NCBI GenBank assembly: GCA_000091205.1
Contig: AP006493.2
DNA from: Cyanidioschyzon merolae
Lineage: Eukaryota
Strand: one strand, 5' to 3'
Length of the DNA: 64,000 bases
Shown here: positions 12,067-24,900 of the stretch, piece after piece
Numbering within the stretch: position 1 is the first letter of the stretch
Layout: every line of letters begins with the position of its first letter
Position numbers and translations under genes: made by a program
The notes under the pieces: generated by a model
The model's database searches: none
Told to the model about the DNA's origin: nothing
The model's input: the letters and a program-made list of their open reading frames with translations, nothing else

Positions 12067-13774
12067 AGACTCATGCATTTATCATCGTGAGCAAGTCGAT
12101 GTGGTCTCTTTTTAGACCTCTGGTTGTTCACGCAACTGTAGATGGAGAGCTCTCAGACCGAATCCTCTCAAACGTTCCAAGGCAATAACGTTTTGCTGGA
12201 CACGCTTGCCAGCATGCTTAGAGTCGGCATCGAAGCGATCCTCGCTCAGCAGTGTGGATTCGAGTGCCTCGCCTATGTAGAAATAACAAACTGGTGTCTG
12301 CAAATGTCCACGAATCAAAGAGATGAGCCCGTGTCTATCGTCTGGAAAGCGGAACGTATAGCGTGAACCAATGAGCTTCATGGACATCCATATGCGAAGA
12401 GACTCTATTCCGACAAAAGACGCAGCACCAGCATATCGCTATTCCGATACCGAGTGCACGTTGCCGCCTAACGGAGCGAACGCTATGCAAGCACCACAGA
12501 GACAGGAGACTGGTATGGCTAACCATTCTTTTGAGAAGCTCCAGAGTATCTGAAAGCTCCAGAGCTCTCTTGACGAGACGAAAGCGAGTTATCCGTGGAT
12601 GACTCGTCTCTTACCCTGACCCAGGTTGCAGGCTCCTTCATATACGAAAGCATCCAGTCAAACGATGAGGTTACACAGTAAGCTGCGCTTGAGCGATAGA
12701 CCATAACGCCGCCTTATGCAAACGAGAACGTCTCTCTTACGATACTCGTATCCTGGGGTCAAGACGTCTGAACTCCGGAAACGGCACAGGTGCGACGCTC
12801 GTGCAGGTCCCAGGGAATGACCACGGTGCCCAATGCGCTGTCGGTAGCTTTGCACAAAGGCTACCGAACACAGGTTCTTTACTGATACGCACACGGTCTC
12901 TGCTGGGCAGGGGGCATCCCACTGAAGTACGCGTTCAGTGCCACCTGTCGGCGCACAAGCAGCCGCAAGGCTGACCGGACCTGGAAACCTGTGCGCGTCT
13001 CCAACAGTAGAGCCAGGTGCTTGGCAAAAGTCACAAATTCATCCTGAAAAACATACGGAAATCCTGGTCGAATCCGTGAGCAATCAAAGCAAGTGACATT
13101 TTTCGCACACCAACATGAATTGACTGCGTCGGAACGATGTATTTATTCTATCATTGGGAATATGGTACACGGAGCTGCATATCTTCTTCCCATCGCCCAG
13201 GCTGGTACCTCTGCTATGTTTCTACCGTTCGATCACGATGACAACAACCCGGTGGCTGCGTATATGCACGATCGAGTGCGTCTGATCTCTTCTATGTTGC
13301 AGATAGACGGACTCCAGAGTGTTGTGCATACTCCAGCCCAGGCACAGGCAAGTTTTCGTCGTATCCGAGCCAGGACCTGCACTGGGAGCAGTCGTTTCTT
13401 TAGGACTCACCTTGCAGCTAGACGTGAACTTAACCGAATGATCCCCTGGCTTGACGAGTCACCTAAAGACGCTGAATCTGTGGAGAGCAGAGGGCGATTC
13501 CCTCCGTGGGTACCTTTCTGTTGCTCTGAGCAGGCGACGTACAGCGTGGCGCTGAGAACATGAGACAGTGTCCACAGCACTGAGGTCCGCAGCTGCGAAC
13601 CTCGATCAGAAAAGCAGAACCGGAATTCGTTCGAAATACCAGGTAGTGGCCAAAACAATCGGGTCCATTACTGCGAGTCAGAGAAACACACAGCTCTGCG
13701 TCAGAACCGTGTCGAACATCCAGAAACCAGCAATTCGATAACCAAGTAAACGCATCTGCTCTGTCTCAAAGAAA

Positions 13775-14704
13775 CTAGATCTCGTCATATTTGATACCGT
13801 TTCGCTCGAGAACGGGCCGGAGATTACGATTCGCCCGAACAAGCCATCGAGTATAGAGATCTTGCAGCTGCTCTGGTGACAAGTCCGGTTGGATGCATCC
13901 TTTCATCCGCAGGTGATAGAGCATACAAGCAGCTGCAACGCTAACATTGAGCGATTGGGAAAAACCCACCATAGGCAGGTGAATGAGTTGCTCACAATGG
14001 CGCTGCATTGCACTGCTCAGGCCGCGCTCCTCGTTGCCCAAGACAATACAGATCCGCTTCAAGGACGTAAAATCGACGTTGTCGATCGGTACTGAGCGTG
14101 TGGTGTCTAACGTCGTGCCGATGAGGCTGTAACCATTCGCTCGCAAGCTTGCCAGGCATTCGTTGAGCTGATGGAATCGACGAATACGCAACCATTGGTC
14201 ACATGAGCGGCTCACGCCTCTCGTTGACCCGCAGTCATCGGGTACCGTGTGACTATGACAGCGGAAGCTCTCAATGGATTCCAGAACATGAACGAATTGA
14301 ATACCAAAGCACTCGCATGTGCGCAGGATAGCTGCGCCATTGTGCGGATCCGCGAGGTTCTCCAGGAGCAGCGTCACCCGCTCACATCGTTGGAGCAGCA
14401 CCTGCTCCATTCGAGCCACTCTTTTCGGACGGAGTCTACCGCGAAGCAGGTCAAGAAAGCATGAACGTGGAACGAGTCCGCCGTCTCCATAGAACCGCTG
14501 AGGCCGCGCAAGTGGTGGTGACTGCGGGTCCGCTTCCAGCCCGCGACTCGATTCTATATCAGCGTGCTCCGGGATGCTGGAAGAGAGCGCCCTCCTCGGC
14601 ATGAACTCGGTGTGGTTATGAGTAGGTTCTGGAGGAGCTTCGGGCATTGGAGACCCCAGGTTCATGTTCTGCATGGCGCTCTCCAGACGCCCGCTGTTTC
14701 CCAT
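13775..14704 (-). CDS. SpoU/TrmH-family RNA 2'-O-ribose methyltransferase (SPOUT class)
   Basis: SpoU motif 1 'LENLADPHNGAAILRTCECFG', motif 2 'IVLGNEERGLS', and motif 3 'IHLPMVGFSQSLNVSVAAACMLYHL'. Confidence 0.8.
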   Translation of the reverse strand: MGNSGRLESAMQNMNLGSPMPEAPPEPTHNHTEFMPRRALSSSIPEHADIESSRGLEADPQSPPLARPQRFYGDGGLVPRSCFLDLLRGRLRPKRVARMEQVLLQRCERVTLLLENLADPHNGAAILRTCECFGIQFVHVLESIESFRCHSHTVPDDCGSTRGVSRSCDQWLRIRRFHQLNECLASLRANGYSLIGTTLDTTRSVPIDNVDFTSLKRICIVLGNEERGLSSAMQRHCEQLIHLPMVGFSQSLNVSVAAACMLYHLRMKGCIQPDLSPEQLQDLYTRWLVRANRNLRPVLERNGIKYDEI

Positions 14705-15365
14705 TGGCTCCGCACACTCAAGCCGCTCACAATTATTTCTAGTGCTTCGTTACAAACGAGACGCTTCAGAGCTGATCTAACTGGTAGCCGATGTGCTCTG
14801 AAAACGCACAAGCCAGGTAGGTCCAGAGGCAAACTCTAAAGCACGCTCTGCTCCTGGCCTGTTCGCCACGAGTGCCCGTACACTTCAGCGCGTTTCTCTT
14901 GTACCTGGAAGTTTCGCTCCTTTACCGCGTGTACGTGCTGTCGACGCACTTTAGACGCTCTGCCCTCTAGTACTTGGAAACAGTGCCCGTTGGCCGCCTG
15001 TTAGCCCTGTCGACGCACCAGAAACGCACTACCTGATCGTGCTACCCTACTCCAGCGCACTGGTGCCTGTCGAGATCGCTTCCAGCTCCTTGCATAGGCA
15101 GGCAGCGTGCCACCGAGCCCCGAGTACCTGCACGACTACCACCCAGGAGCTTGCTCCGCTACGCTGCCCAGCGTGTGCGTTTTCACCAGATGAAAACGCA
15201 CGGATTCGTACTGATCTAGTAGCTCGCCCGTCTATGGACCTCTGTACGCTTCAGAAACGGAACCAACCTTTACTTTTCGACAGCGTTAGCGTTCAACAAA
15301 CTCGGACGCAAGCCACAGGTCTGAAGGCCTTCGCTGCCTGCTGCTGCGCTGCAGCATAGGCGCAC
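14705..15365. promoter_or_regulatory. Divergent intergenic region between the TrmH-like (-) and ePHD (+) genes; putative shared promoter
   Basis: Head-to-head gene arrangement with a ~660-bp spacer. The motif 'ctgtcgacgcac' occurs twice (~14940, ~15010). This is inference only. Confidence 0.25.
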
Positions 15366-18263
15366 TTGGCGCTTCGACGGCGCAGGGTGCGGAGCACTTG
15401 CGACGTTGCCCCACCGCGAGCCTTCTCGTTAGCTTGGCGCGACTCTATGAGCTCAAAGCAACTAGAGTCAAAGATAGTATGTCCTCTGTGCCCGCAATCA
15501 AGGCAAGAGGCGGGCACGATTCCAGCAGAAGTGGTGGGTCCTCTCCAGGGTCCCGCTGTAGGGACGCGTCGGGCTGCGCACCGGGCTACTGCACACCGAA
15601 ACTGCATCATTTGGTGTCCAGAAGTTTGTGCTGGTGAACGGGGTCAACTGGTGAACGTGGATAAGGCGGTCGCGCGGGCGAGTCGCATCAAGTGCCGACA
15701 CTGTGGTGAAAAAGGGGCTTCCATCGGTTGCTGGGAGCCTCGGTGTTCCGCGAGCTACCACCTGGTGTGTGCGTACGATCCGGCGTGCGACGTGGATCTC
15801 ATCCTTCCTGACCTAGAACTATGGTGTCCAAAACACGCTGAAGGTCCTACATACCAGGCTTACGAGGAAGCCAAACGGGAAGCGCGTGCAGCTGCGGCAG
15901 AGGAGTTGGGGGGCGGATTTGCGTCTCCCGAGTCGTCGCAGAAGCACCGACGCGGTGCGAGCGCTGCTCAGGGCGCTTCGGAGCTGCAGACTCCAACACG
16001 CGGTGCAGATGGGACCTTTGAGTTCAGCCCGCGCGGTAGCTGGCGACACACTGAGCGCATCGCGCCGCCTTCTGGACAGCGACCTTTTCAGAGTGGGGCA
16101 CCGCAGTATGCCGCGGATGCCGCAGACGACACCAGTTCCGCTTCCCGAGGTACATCCAGAACACAACGGAATGCGGCGCTGTATGGACTGGGCGAAACGA
16201 AGCGCAAGCGAGGTCGACCGCCTCGCTCGTTGGTCGAGTCTGCGCCGGAGTCTCGTCGCCGGCGGACCGCTTTCCGCACTGGTGTACCGGCAGGTGGCAT
16301 CGACATCACAGTATCGTCGCCTGGCGAGCGTGGACAGACTCGGAACTACCATCGGCAACATCTCGGGGGTGTTCACCAGGATGCTGATGCTGGTCGTGGT
16401 TGGGAGGTTCAAAAAGCGACTGCGCCGCCGCATGGTTACCAGAGCTCGAATTTGGCGGAAAGCAGGTCCACGTCGCGGTACAACACGCAGCGACAAATGC
16501 AGTCGAATGACCGCCAATTGACCATGGTGGAAACGCTTGGGAGACACCCTAGATCAACAGGCGCTCGGGTGTCGTCGGCGCAGACGGAGGACTCTGCGAA
16601 CGTTCCCGAAACGAGCAGCAACAGCCGCAACCATTCAGAGACAAGCGCGGCCCATCGGAGTGACCAGAGTAGCGATCGAGACTCGGAAGCTTCGCTCCGA
16701 GGAGAAGGACTTGAGCGCGAGGAAGCTGAATGGAAATGGGAACTCGAACGACGACAAAAGCGCTGGAAGCGTCGCGCACGTGATCAACGAGCATCGAGAA
16801 TTTTCTCACAAATTCTTGCTGACGTTACAGCCGAGACCGTCAAAGAGCGTCAGAAGCTCTTTGAACCGATGTCCGGTGAAGCCTTGCAGCGCTTCATTCG
16901 TGAGGCGGAACCCTACACCACCAAAGTGCCGCAAGATTACGAGCTGCGAGAAGCGATTCCGCAGCTGCTTCAAGACTTGCCCTGGATCGAAGCCCGACCG
17001 AACCTCCACCTTTGTGAACGAGACAGCGTGCTCTACTTCTACACCCGAACCGACGTTTGGGGCTGGTATTCAGACGTCCGTACCATCTGCGGAGCGGGCC
17101 ACCCGCACACGATCAAAGTGATCACCAAACCGCGCCCAGAGCATCGCCTCTCGATTCATCTCCGCTGGGCAGTACCTGAGGAGCCGATTGGGCGAATGCG
17201 CTTTGCAGACCCGTTTAACACACAGCACGCCTTCCGTGATAATGTCTTGATGATGAGATGGGTACTGAATGGACCCTTCAAACGAACACGATCCTGTGAT
17301 CTCATCGCTCATGGACTTTGCTACTTTCCCGAGTTACCGACGGCGAGGCTGTGGTTCACACTCTGTCGCGAGATCATTCGCGGTCTGAAACCGGTCCCCG
17401 TTCCCATCCTACCTTATCGAGCGTACATCGATAGCGCACAGCCACTGGAGACACCGTTTAATTACTCACGAGGATCCGCCAGGAGTCTCAGTTTTCAACC
17501 AGAGGGCACTGCATCGTATCAGGTGCTGCTTGCGGGAGGCAACGGGGCTAGCACGGTAGCCACTGCAGCGCAACCTGGAGCGCTGCTGACGACAGCTGCG
17601 GGCAATGCTGCCTACGCTGGAGTGGGCTTGTGGCGTTCTCGACCAAGCCGTTCCGCTACAACGACCGGCTGGCTAGGCTCGAATGCAGTCGACGGAGCGT
17701 TCTCGGAGGAGGCGCGCGAGCGTGTCCGCCGCCAGGGCTACGGTTTTGAACTCGATGATCTCGAGGGCGCAGATGCGAGCTCCGAAGAAGAGGAGGTGCT
17801 CGCACAGCTCGTACAGTGGCAAGCGAAGCAGCTTGAACTCGTTGGAGAATTCCCCGAACCGGGCGATCGTTTCTGGCCATTCAGTGAGAATACGGATCCT
17901 TGCTTGCGGGTTCTGGACTCTGCTTGGAAAGTGGAGACGCAACATCCCCTGGAGCTGATCGAGAAACGAAACTGGGCTCGGATGGATGCGCTGTTCCATC
18001 ACGACTCGGATAACCTGGTGATCCTGGCCCGCACGGAAACACAACTTCGAGACAAGTATGGCAGTGCGTATGCTAGCGCCGTGCTAGCAGCTAGCGCATA
18101 TAATCGAGAGCTGCTCACAGAGCGGCAAGCGCTGCTTCATCAACGTTTTGGGGAGCGACGCAGCACGCTTACCAACAGAAGAGCAACGCCTGGAGGTTTG
18201 CCCAGTGAAGGATTTTCCAGTTCGAGCGACACGGATAGCGAGCTGGATCATGCTCTGGACTGA
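15366..18263 (+). CDS. Extended-PHD (C2HC pre-PHD + PHD) zinc-finger protein with long low-complexity middle region
   Basis: The N-terminal segment 'CPLCPQ…HRNCIIWCPEV…IKCRHCGEKGASIGCWEPRCSASYHLVCA' fits the ePHD pattern seen in PHF7/G2E3/BRPF-type fingers. The remainder is a Ser/Arg/Ala-rich region and a conserved-looking C-terminal domain of unknown function. The start codon is uncertain (alternative Met at ~15447). Confidence 0.65.
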   Translation: MALRRRRVRSTCDVAPPRAFSLAWRDSMSSKQLESKIVCPLCPQSRQEAGTIPAEVVGPLQGPAVGTRRAAHRATAHRNCIIWCPEVCAGERGQLVNVDKAVARASRIKCRHCGEKGASIGCWEPRCSASYHLVCAYDPACDVDLILPDLELWCPKHAEGPTYQAYEEAKREARAAAAEELGGGFASPESSQKHRRGASAAQGASELQTPTRGADGTFEFSPRGSWRHTERIAPPSGQRPFQSGAPQYAADAADDTSSASRGTSRTQRNAALYGLGETKRKRGRPPRSLVESAPESRRRRTAFRTGVPAGGIDITVSSPGERGQTRNYHRQHLGGVHQDADAGRGWEVQKATAPPHGYQSSNLAESRSTSRYNTQRQMQSNDRQLTMVETLGRHPRSTGARVSSAQTEDSANVPETSSNSRNHSETSAAHRSDQSSDRDSEASLRGEGLEREEAEWKWELERRQKRWKRRARDQRASRIFSQILADVTAETVKERQKLFEPMSGEALQRFIREAEPYTTKVPQDYELREAIPQLLQDLPWIEARPNLHLCERDSVLYFYTRTDVWGWYSDVRTICGAGHPHTIKVITKPRPEHRLSIHLRWAVPEEPIGRMRFADPFNTQHAFRDNVLMMRWVLNGPFKRTRSCDLIAHGLCYFPELPTARLWFTLCREIIRGLKPVPVPILPYRAYIDSAQPLETPFNYSRGSARSLSFQPEGTASYQVLLAGGNGASTVATAAQPGALLTTAAGNAAYAGVGLWRSRPSRSATTTGWLGSNAVDGAFSEEARERVRRQGYGFELDDLEGADASSEEEEVLAQLVQWQAKQLELVGEFPEPGDRFWPFSENTDPCLRVLDSAWKVETQHPLELIEKRNWARMDALFHHDSDNLVILARTETQLRDKYGSAYASAVLAASAYNRELLTERQALLHQRFGERRSTLTNRRATPGGLPSEGFSSSSDTDSELDHALD

Positions 18264-18680
18264 GTCGAGAAACTTGGTGGACGAGCGAATGCCACGGGGT
18301 TTTGCAAGAGCGCGCGCCCTGCGAATGAGGTCCATGCATCACATGCGGATGCTTGTTGTAGAGCTTCTGTGGATTACAGCATATAGGTATCAGTTCGTAG
18401 AAACGTGCTGACTGCATCCACAGCTCTCTTTTAAAGTATTTTGCTTGTTCGATACACAGTATTTCAGCTGCACAGGCGATCAAGAAGCACGCTGTCCAGG
18501 GCATTTATCGCGGTGAGCTTCACTGCCCTATCGATGCAGACGTAGATACGCAATAGATTAGGGTCGCCCCTATAGTATACTGGATCCTGAACTTTTTGAC
18601 AGGAGCTATGCTGTACCCTAAAGCGCTGGAAGTAGGAAAGGATCTGCAGTTTCTACCCTGTAAGAGACAAGTTCCACGAA

Positions 18681-18897
18681 TACCGTCAAAAAAGCGCTCT
18701 TTGAGCGACTCCATAGCTTCAAACGCTGCCACCAAGCTCAGACCTGCAGATTCTACCTACACAGCAACTAGGTGTGCCCTCACCGTCAACAAAGCGCTCT
18801 TTGAGCGACTCCATAGCTTCAAACGCTGCCACCAAGCTCAGACCTGCAGATTCTACCTACACAGCAACTAGGTGTACCCTCACCGTCAACAAAGCGC
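18681..18897. repeat. Tandem repeat, 100-bp unit x ~2.2, immediately upstream of the UBR4-like gene
   Basis: Unit 'caccgtcaacaaagcgctctttgagcgactccatagcttcaaacgctgccaccaagctcagacctgcagattctacctacacagcaactaggtgt(g/a)ccct' recurs at 18681, 18781 and partially at 18881, with a period of exactly 100 bp. Confidence 0.8.
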
Positions 18898-18950
18898 TGG
18901 TGAAGTGACTCGTATACAGATCATTACTTCGAATAGCTGGCGCTTCGCTG

Positions 18951-21900
18951 GTGTCGGCCAGAACGAACGCCCGCTTTTCGTCTATGCTGAATGGCTCTGC
19001 TGGGATTTCGTACTCAGGACGACGCAATCTCCGAAGCAATGTTCCCCTCGATGCCGGGCTTCTTCTTCTTCTTCTTGTTCATAAAGTGCCAAACATGGAC
19101 CAAGTCGCGGCTTGTTTCAGAGCAGCATATGCGGATGCGGTTGGGAGCACTCCTTTGCTAGCGTCCGCTGAGGAACGTGCGGTCTTCGTCAAGAACTCGC
19201 TCGAGTTTGCGTTAAAGGTCGAAGCACAGTCCAGAGACGTTACCGCAGCCGGAGCTGAGCAGCAGCGAACCGAGATTGATCGGGCGAGACAGCGACTTTG
19301 GTTCTTCTGTGTGGGTGCTGCTGAGCTCCTGAAGGAACCTGGGGCTCAGTTTCCTTCGCCTTCCTTGGTTACAGCTGCCCAGCAGGCTCTTCGCCAGCGT
19401 CAGCAACATTGGTGCAATCGCCTCGCTGCTGCGAGTCGCTTATCGGCTGATACTACCCTGTCAACTGCTGACGAGGTGGATTCGCTGATAGCCCTAGTCC
19501 GAATAGGGCTGACTGTGCTTGGCCTCTTCGTTTGCCTGAGTATCCTCGGAGAGCGTGAACACTGGCGGGGGCCGTTTCTCTGTGAGCTCTGGCAGCAAGG
19601 CCGTGCCGTCTATGAAGCCTTGGAACGACAAAAGGCCTCGTCTGCAGCTTTGAGAACGACCGCTTCCTTCTTACAGAGCTACTGGTTGGATGCACTCTGC
19701 ACTGCTACCTGGTGGATCGCTGACCTTTCCAATCATGCTGCGGCAACAGCATGGACGCTCGACACATCCCCATCCAGTCTGCTACAAATCAGAGACTCTG
19801 CCTCTGCTCAATGCTCAGTCTGGAATCCTCTTCACTGTAGTTTTACTCAGCCTTGCGCTACTATCCGGGACCAGCACTGGAATTGCAGAGGCTGCAGCGC
19901 CCTGCAAGCCTCATCCTGGACTCCTCATCAATGTACTTTCCTTCTGACTGGACGCTCGTTTCGTGACCAGCATTGGTATCGCTGTAGCACTTGTGCCTTT
20001 CGGGAGGATGAGGGCGTCTGCACGAGCTGTGCACTCATATGCCATGCCGGACACGAGGTTTCGTATGTTCGTTTCAGCGGCTTTTTCTGTGACTGTGGCG
20101 CCAATGCTGCTGCTACGACACCCCGGACAAAGTGTCTCTTATGTACGCTGGTCAGGAGCGAAGAGACATCTTCGACGACGAGCTCTAGCGAAGCCCTGCA
20201 TACATCAACGGAGACGCCCAGAGGTGCTGAACGACGTCCCGCCAAGGCGCCCGAACTCCGTGACGAACACTTGCTGTGGATGAGGCCGCCCTCCGTGAGC
20301 CCGTTGGTGGAGCTCGACTCCACCAAGGCCTGCTTCTACCACGTTTTCATGGAAATTGCCCAGCTTCATGGATCGAGCGACCGCTGCCCTGTCCGCGACG
20401 CTTCGGGTAGCGGAGAAACTGCTCCGGCAGGCGTCCTTCTTGCGAAGGCGATTACAGAACATTTACAATCAACATTCGAGTGGCTTCGCGACAGCGTTTT
20501 GTTTCGTTTTCTACAATCACCGACACCAGGGGAAATACCCCTAGAGACAAATGCTCAGTCGCAGAGCGTTGTGCAAATGCCCGGCACAGAGCAAGCTCCG
20601 CGGAAAGCGTTCCTTCCAGCGCTGCACAGAGCAGCTGCTGCTGGAGATGAGTCGCCCCGCACTGCGACCTGCAACGCTCGAGATGTACGGGAAATTCAAC
20701 AGGACACATGCCAAGTACGCGGAGCCGGCACTTACATTCAGCGAGCGACCTGGAAACCGGAAGCCGTCCAAGTCCTCACGCGTGTGCGCCACGTGGACAC
20801 GAACCAGGGACAGTCGACGCTGGGCATGGGGGTGTTTTGGCAACTGCTTCCCTGCGGAAAGCAGGAGGCCAGGAACCCACGCGAGCTGCATTGGCACCAT
20901 GAGCCGGTACTCGCCTTCGTCGATGGACTCTTTCTCGTGACGTTAGCGGCTTCCGAGCATCACGTTGCATTTCTATCCGATGAAGCGGATATTCGCAGGA
21001 GTTCAGCATCGGTGCCAGTGCACCCGAGTTCGGAACCGCTCGAGAGAGCTCCACTTGCTGGTTGTGCTTGTACAGGCACAGTGAGATCCACTCGTCCAAC
21101 AGCACTGGATGCTCGGCGCTGGATACGACGCCCTCTGGGCTTCTGCGCAGGTGAACTGGGATTTGCACCCAGCTGCCCGCGACGGGGAAGTCTGCAGCGT
21201 CTCCTTGCGCTCAATCGAGAAACGTCAACGCTACGGCTGTACTGCGTTGGCTCGACAGTCGCGGATGTCGATGGGTCTTTGCACGCCCAAAGCTGCGCTA
21301 GCGAGTCACCAAGTCGTCCTGTTGCAGCTGCGGCACATCCGGTGGTGGAACCCGATAAAGTTCGATCGGTGACGCTCCCAACGTCTGGGCAGTCGTTCAC
21401 AGCGTCATGGGGTACCACTGATGCGGCTGCGGCTGGTGATGGAACAACTGTTGTTCATTCTGCGGAAGCGCTTGTTGGTGCATCAGGCTCACGACCTGCT
21501 CCTGCTGGTCCTTCTGCGAACACTGCCACACTTGTGAACGCTGTTGGCGTTTCTGCTGATGCCGTTGTAAGCGACCAGCTAGCCGAGTATCCGTCTAACA
21601 CCCGCAGCAGGATGCAAGCACCAGCGAGACGATCGACGATTCGAGCACATCGGGCTCAACGGGTGCTGCAACGGTGGCGTGAGTATCACCAGGTTCACGC
21701 AAAACGCTGTTTGCGTCTGCTGCTCCGACCAGTGCCTGGCCCAGGAGCAGCGAGTGCGGAGGGCGGTACAGCGTATGGCGCTGCGGAAGTGGCAACTGTA
21801 CCGAAGACCACGCCTGCGACGCTGTCGCTCGAGCAGCCTGAACGCTCGTCCACTGGCACGATGACGTTCGCAGCGCCGGCTGAAGCGTCACAATTCGGTG

Positions 21901-24900
21901 CTCGCCGAGCAACCAGCACAGATACCACATCATCACAGCATCCAGGCAGGTTGTATCTGCTTCTAGAGCGCCAATGCCTCGAAACAGGGGAGCCCATCCA
22001 AGAGGCATCCTGGCTGGATGCCTATGCTATAGACTGGTTGCTTTGTCTGGGACGCTCGCGCTCAAGCCTTGAGGTGCTATCTATCGAGTACGCCTGTTGG
22101 TGTTGGTTCTGCCGATGGATTCGTGAGGCACACGGGGAAGCTGCAGCATCAGCAGCGGATACGACGTCGAGGCCAGCGGGTCCAGACGGCACGGAAACGT
22201 GCCTGACTGTCTCTGAAGCGCCCTCTGGCACCGTGTCCAATGACGAGGAGCCGTTTCTCTGGCTCTCGTTTGCCGATATGGATGAAGCGCTCGCTGCAAG
22301 ACAGCCGTGCACGCTGCGGCCGGCTCCATGTACAGAGGCAGCAGCGGAGAATGCTCGTTTACTTCTAGAACAGACGACAGGTAGTGAATCCCAAATTCTT
22401 CGCTGGTTACCTGACGCTGCACCAGAACATGACCCGTGGCACATGCGGGAGCGGAAACGTTTCCGTCTCATGTTTAGCAACGCACGAGATGGAGTAGCGG
22501 AAGGTTTTGTCGCGAGCAGCGCAACTACAGCTCGGGATATCTGGCACAGTGAGGTCACAGAAGCGACTCTGGCGGGCCCAGTGACTGCCTGGACGTACGG
22601 TCGAGTGTTCTTCGACGCTTCAGACCGGAACCGGTCACCTCCTGGTCGTCTTCTGTTGTTCCTTGTACTATCAAATCAACACCTCGTGGTTTACGAGTAT
22701 GTTGCTGAAGCGCGTGCCGCCTCTTCCGTCGATATTGAGACATCCGGCCTGCGGCAGGTGGCCTCGCTGGAACTCCCGCTGTTCGATACAACACCTTGCA
22801 TGCATACACTGGCAAACGCTCCTGAGGAGAAACCGTCTTCACCGAGCGCAACATCAACATCGACACCAGCACGCGTCTTGGGCCTCTTCTATGAGGCAGC
22901 ACAGCAGGAACTCATGCTCTACTGGTCGAACGGTCACTGGAGTCGATGGAAGCTAACCTGGTGTCGTGAACCTGGTCTCGATGCTGCACCAGAGCCGGAC
23001 ATCGGCTCGCGTTCTATTCGAAATGGGCATCGCTCGCTTTCCAGTGAGCGCCTCCTGCCGTTCATGCCGCAACTCGAACTGACATCTGTGAATTCTGGAT
23101 GCCTTTTCGAGGGAAAGGCGATTGTCGCTGAGCGCGAAGCTCTCGAGGATGTCCAACGAGTTCCCGTCCGATGCCCGCATGGGTGTTGCTGCACCTCGTC
23201 GTCGTGCTCACTGATGCTGTTGCGATCCGCACGAACGCTTTATCTGCTTTGGTGGCAGAGAGAAAAGCGCTGCTGGATGGCGACTCGACAAGGCGCACCA
23301 TATTCGTCTGTGTCGGATGTGCGAGTTCGACAAGCTGGAGCGAACTCAGGCGCGGAAACAGCAGCGCAGAACACCTCCATGGCGACACAAGCAGACTCGC
23401 GAGAACAGCTGGCGATACTCTGCAGTCTCGATGCCGGTACTCAGGATGCTTTGCTACCAGAAAGAGCTCGTCGAATGGATCGACCTATTCCCGAGCGTTG
23501 CAGGCAGCAGCGACTAATCCAGGCTACAGGCTGGGCGCAACTCGAAGCCACAGCGTGCGAATCAGCGTCAGCGTTTCTCATCGATGTGATCATGCTTCTT
23601 GAGGACGGCACCGTTCTGGGTACGCAGACGCGTCTCTCATGCGACGTGCAGATATCCTGGAACGCTCTGGAAGGTTCAGAGCGACCTGATCGGCAGCCTG
23701 TGTCTGCAGTAGATTCTTGGAAGCAACAGAAACATCCAGAGGGCGTCAGGTACTCCTGTTCAGGCGACGTGCGTCTGTCACAGCCTCACGAGCGAGACTT
23801 GAGCACAGCAGCTGCTCGCTTTGCGCATCTGTACTGGAATCATTCGACAGCGGAGGCCGTGTGGCTACCAGCTAGCCCAGAGGACGGCGTTGCTGCTGCT
23901 GACGATGAGGATGAAGCTACACCTCCTGATGTTGCTTCTCTTCCTGAAACTCCTGTTGAAGATCATCGAGGCGTTCGCGGAAATCCTGTTTTGCAAGTGC
24001 GTTACCCGTGGATACACTGTGCGACGAGCGTTGCATATCAGATGACCTGTTCGCGGTCGGTATCGCCATGGCTAGGGCGACCGCAAGGCAACTCGGTGCC
24101 TTCAGCGCTGCTCCTTGCTGATCAGCGGAACAGCAACGGCGGTCTGGTGGGCTTTTTTGAGCTCCTCGACCGGGTACCTTCCGGGATGCTCGCCTGGACC
24201 GGTGATATGTGGCAACTTGGCCTGCGTTCGATGACCGAGACACAGTCATGGTTGGAGCAGTGGCCCAGCGACTCGATGGAGCTGCTCAGCGCACCGATAC
24301 GAGCATTCACGTACCGGTCCTCGGCGGAGCAGAGACCTTTCCGTCGCGAAGATGACGCCCCTGGGACGCGACTCACGGTGCTAGCGTACCGAGTGCACTC
24401 GACGTCCAGCTCTGGTGCGGCTAGGGAGAAGCGCACCGCAGGCCTGCTGCAGATGCCCCAGCGATGTGAGGATACTCCGCTGCCTCTGGCGGCGGATGCG
24501 CTTCTCGGCCAAGAGCAAGGCCAACATCATCAACTGGTGTTTCATGTGTCCAATGTCGGTGATAATGATGCTAGCTGGGCTCTTCTGGGTATACGAATGG
24601 CGTGGTTGCAACCTAACCGTTCCGGTGTGCAGGGTGTTGCGACACCAACGCAGCTGGAGCCGCAGCTGGTCGAGCTCCTCGTCCAGGGCGACCATGAACC
24701 AGCAACCGTTCCAGAGCGGGGAACGTCTGCACCCTGGACTTCGCGCTTGTCACTGGAGTTGCTTCCTGATCCCTGGGTGAATCCGGTGCCTCCTGAGCAG
24801 GGCACTTGGCGCTGGATGGAATACTGCTGGGATGATCCTGTGGTCCTGCGGCGCAATCCCTGCAATCGACAAGTTGTACTGACGATACGGGCACCAGCAA

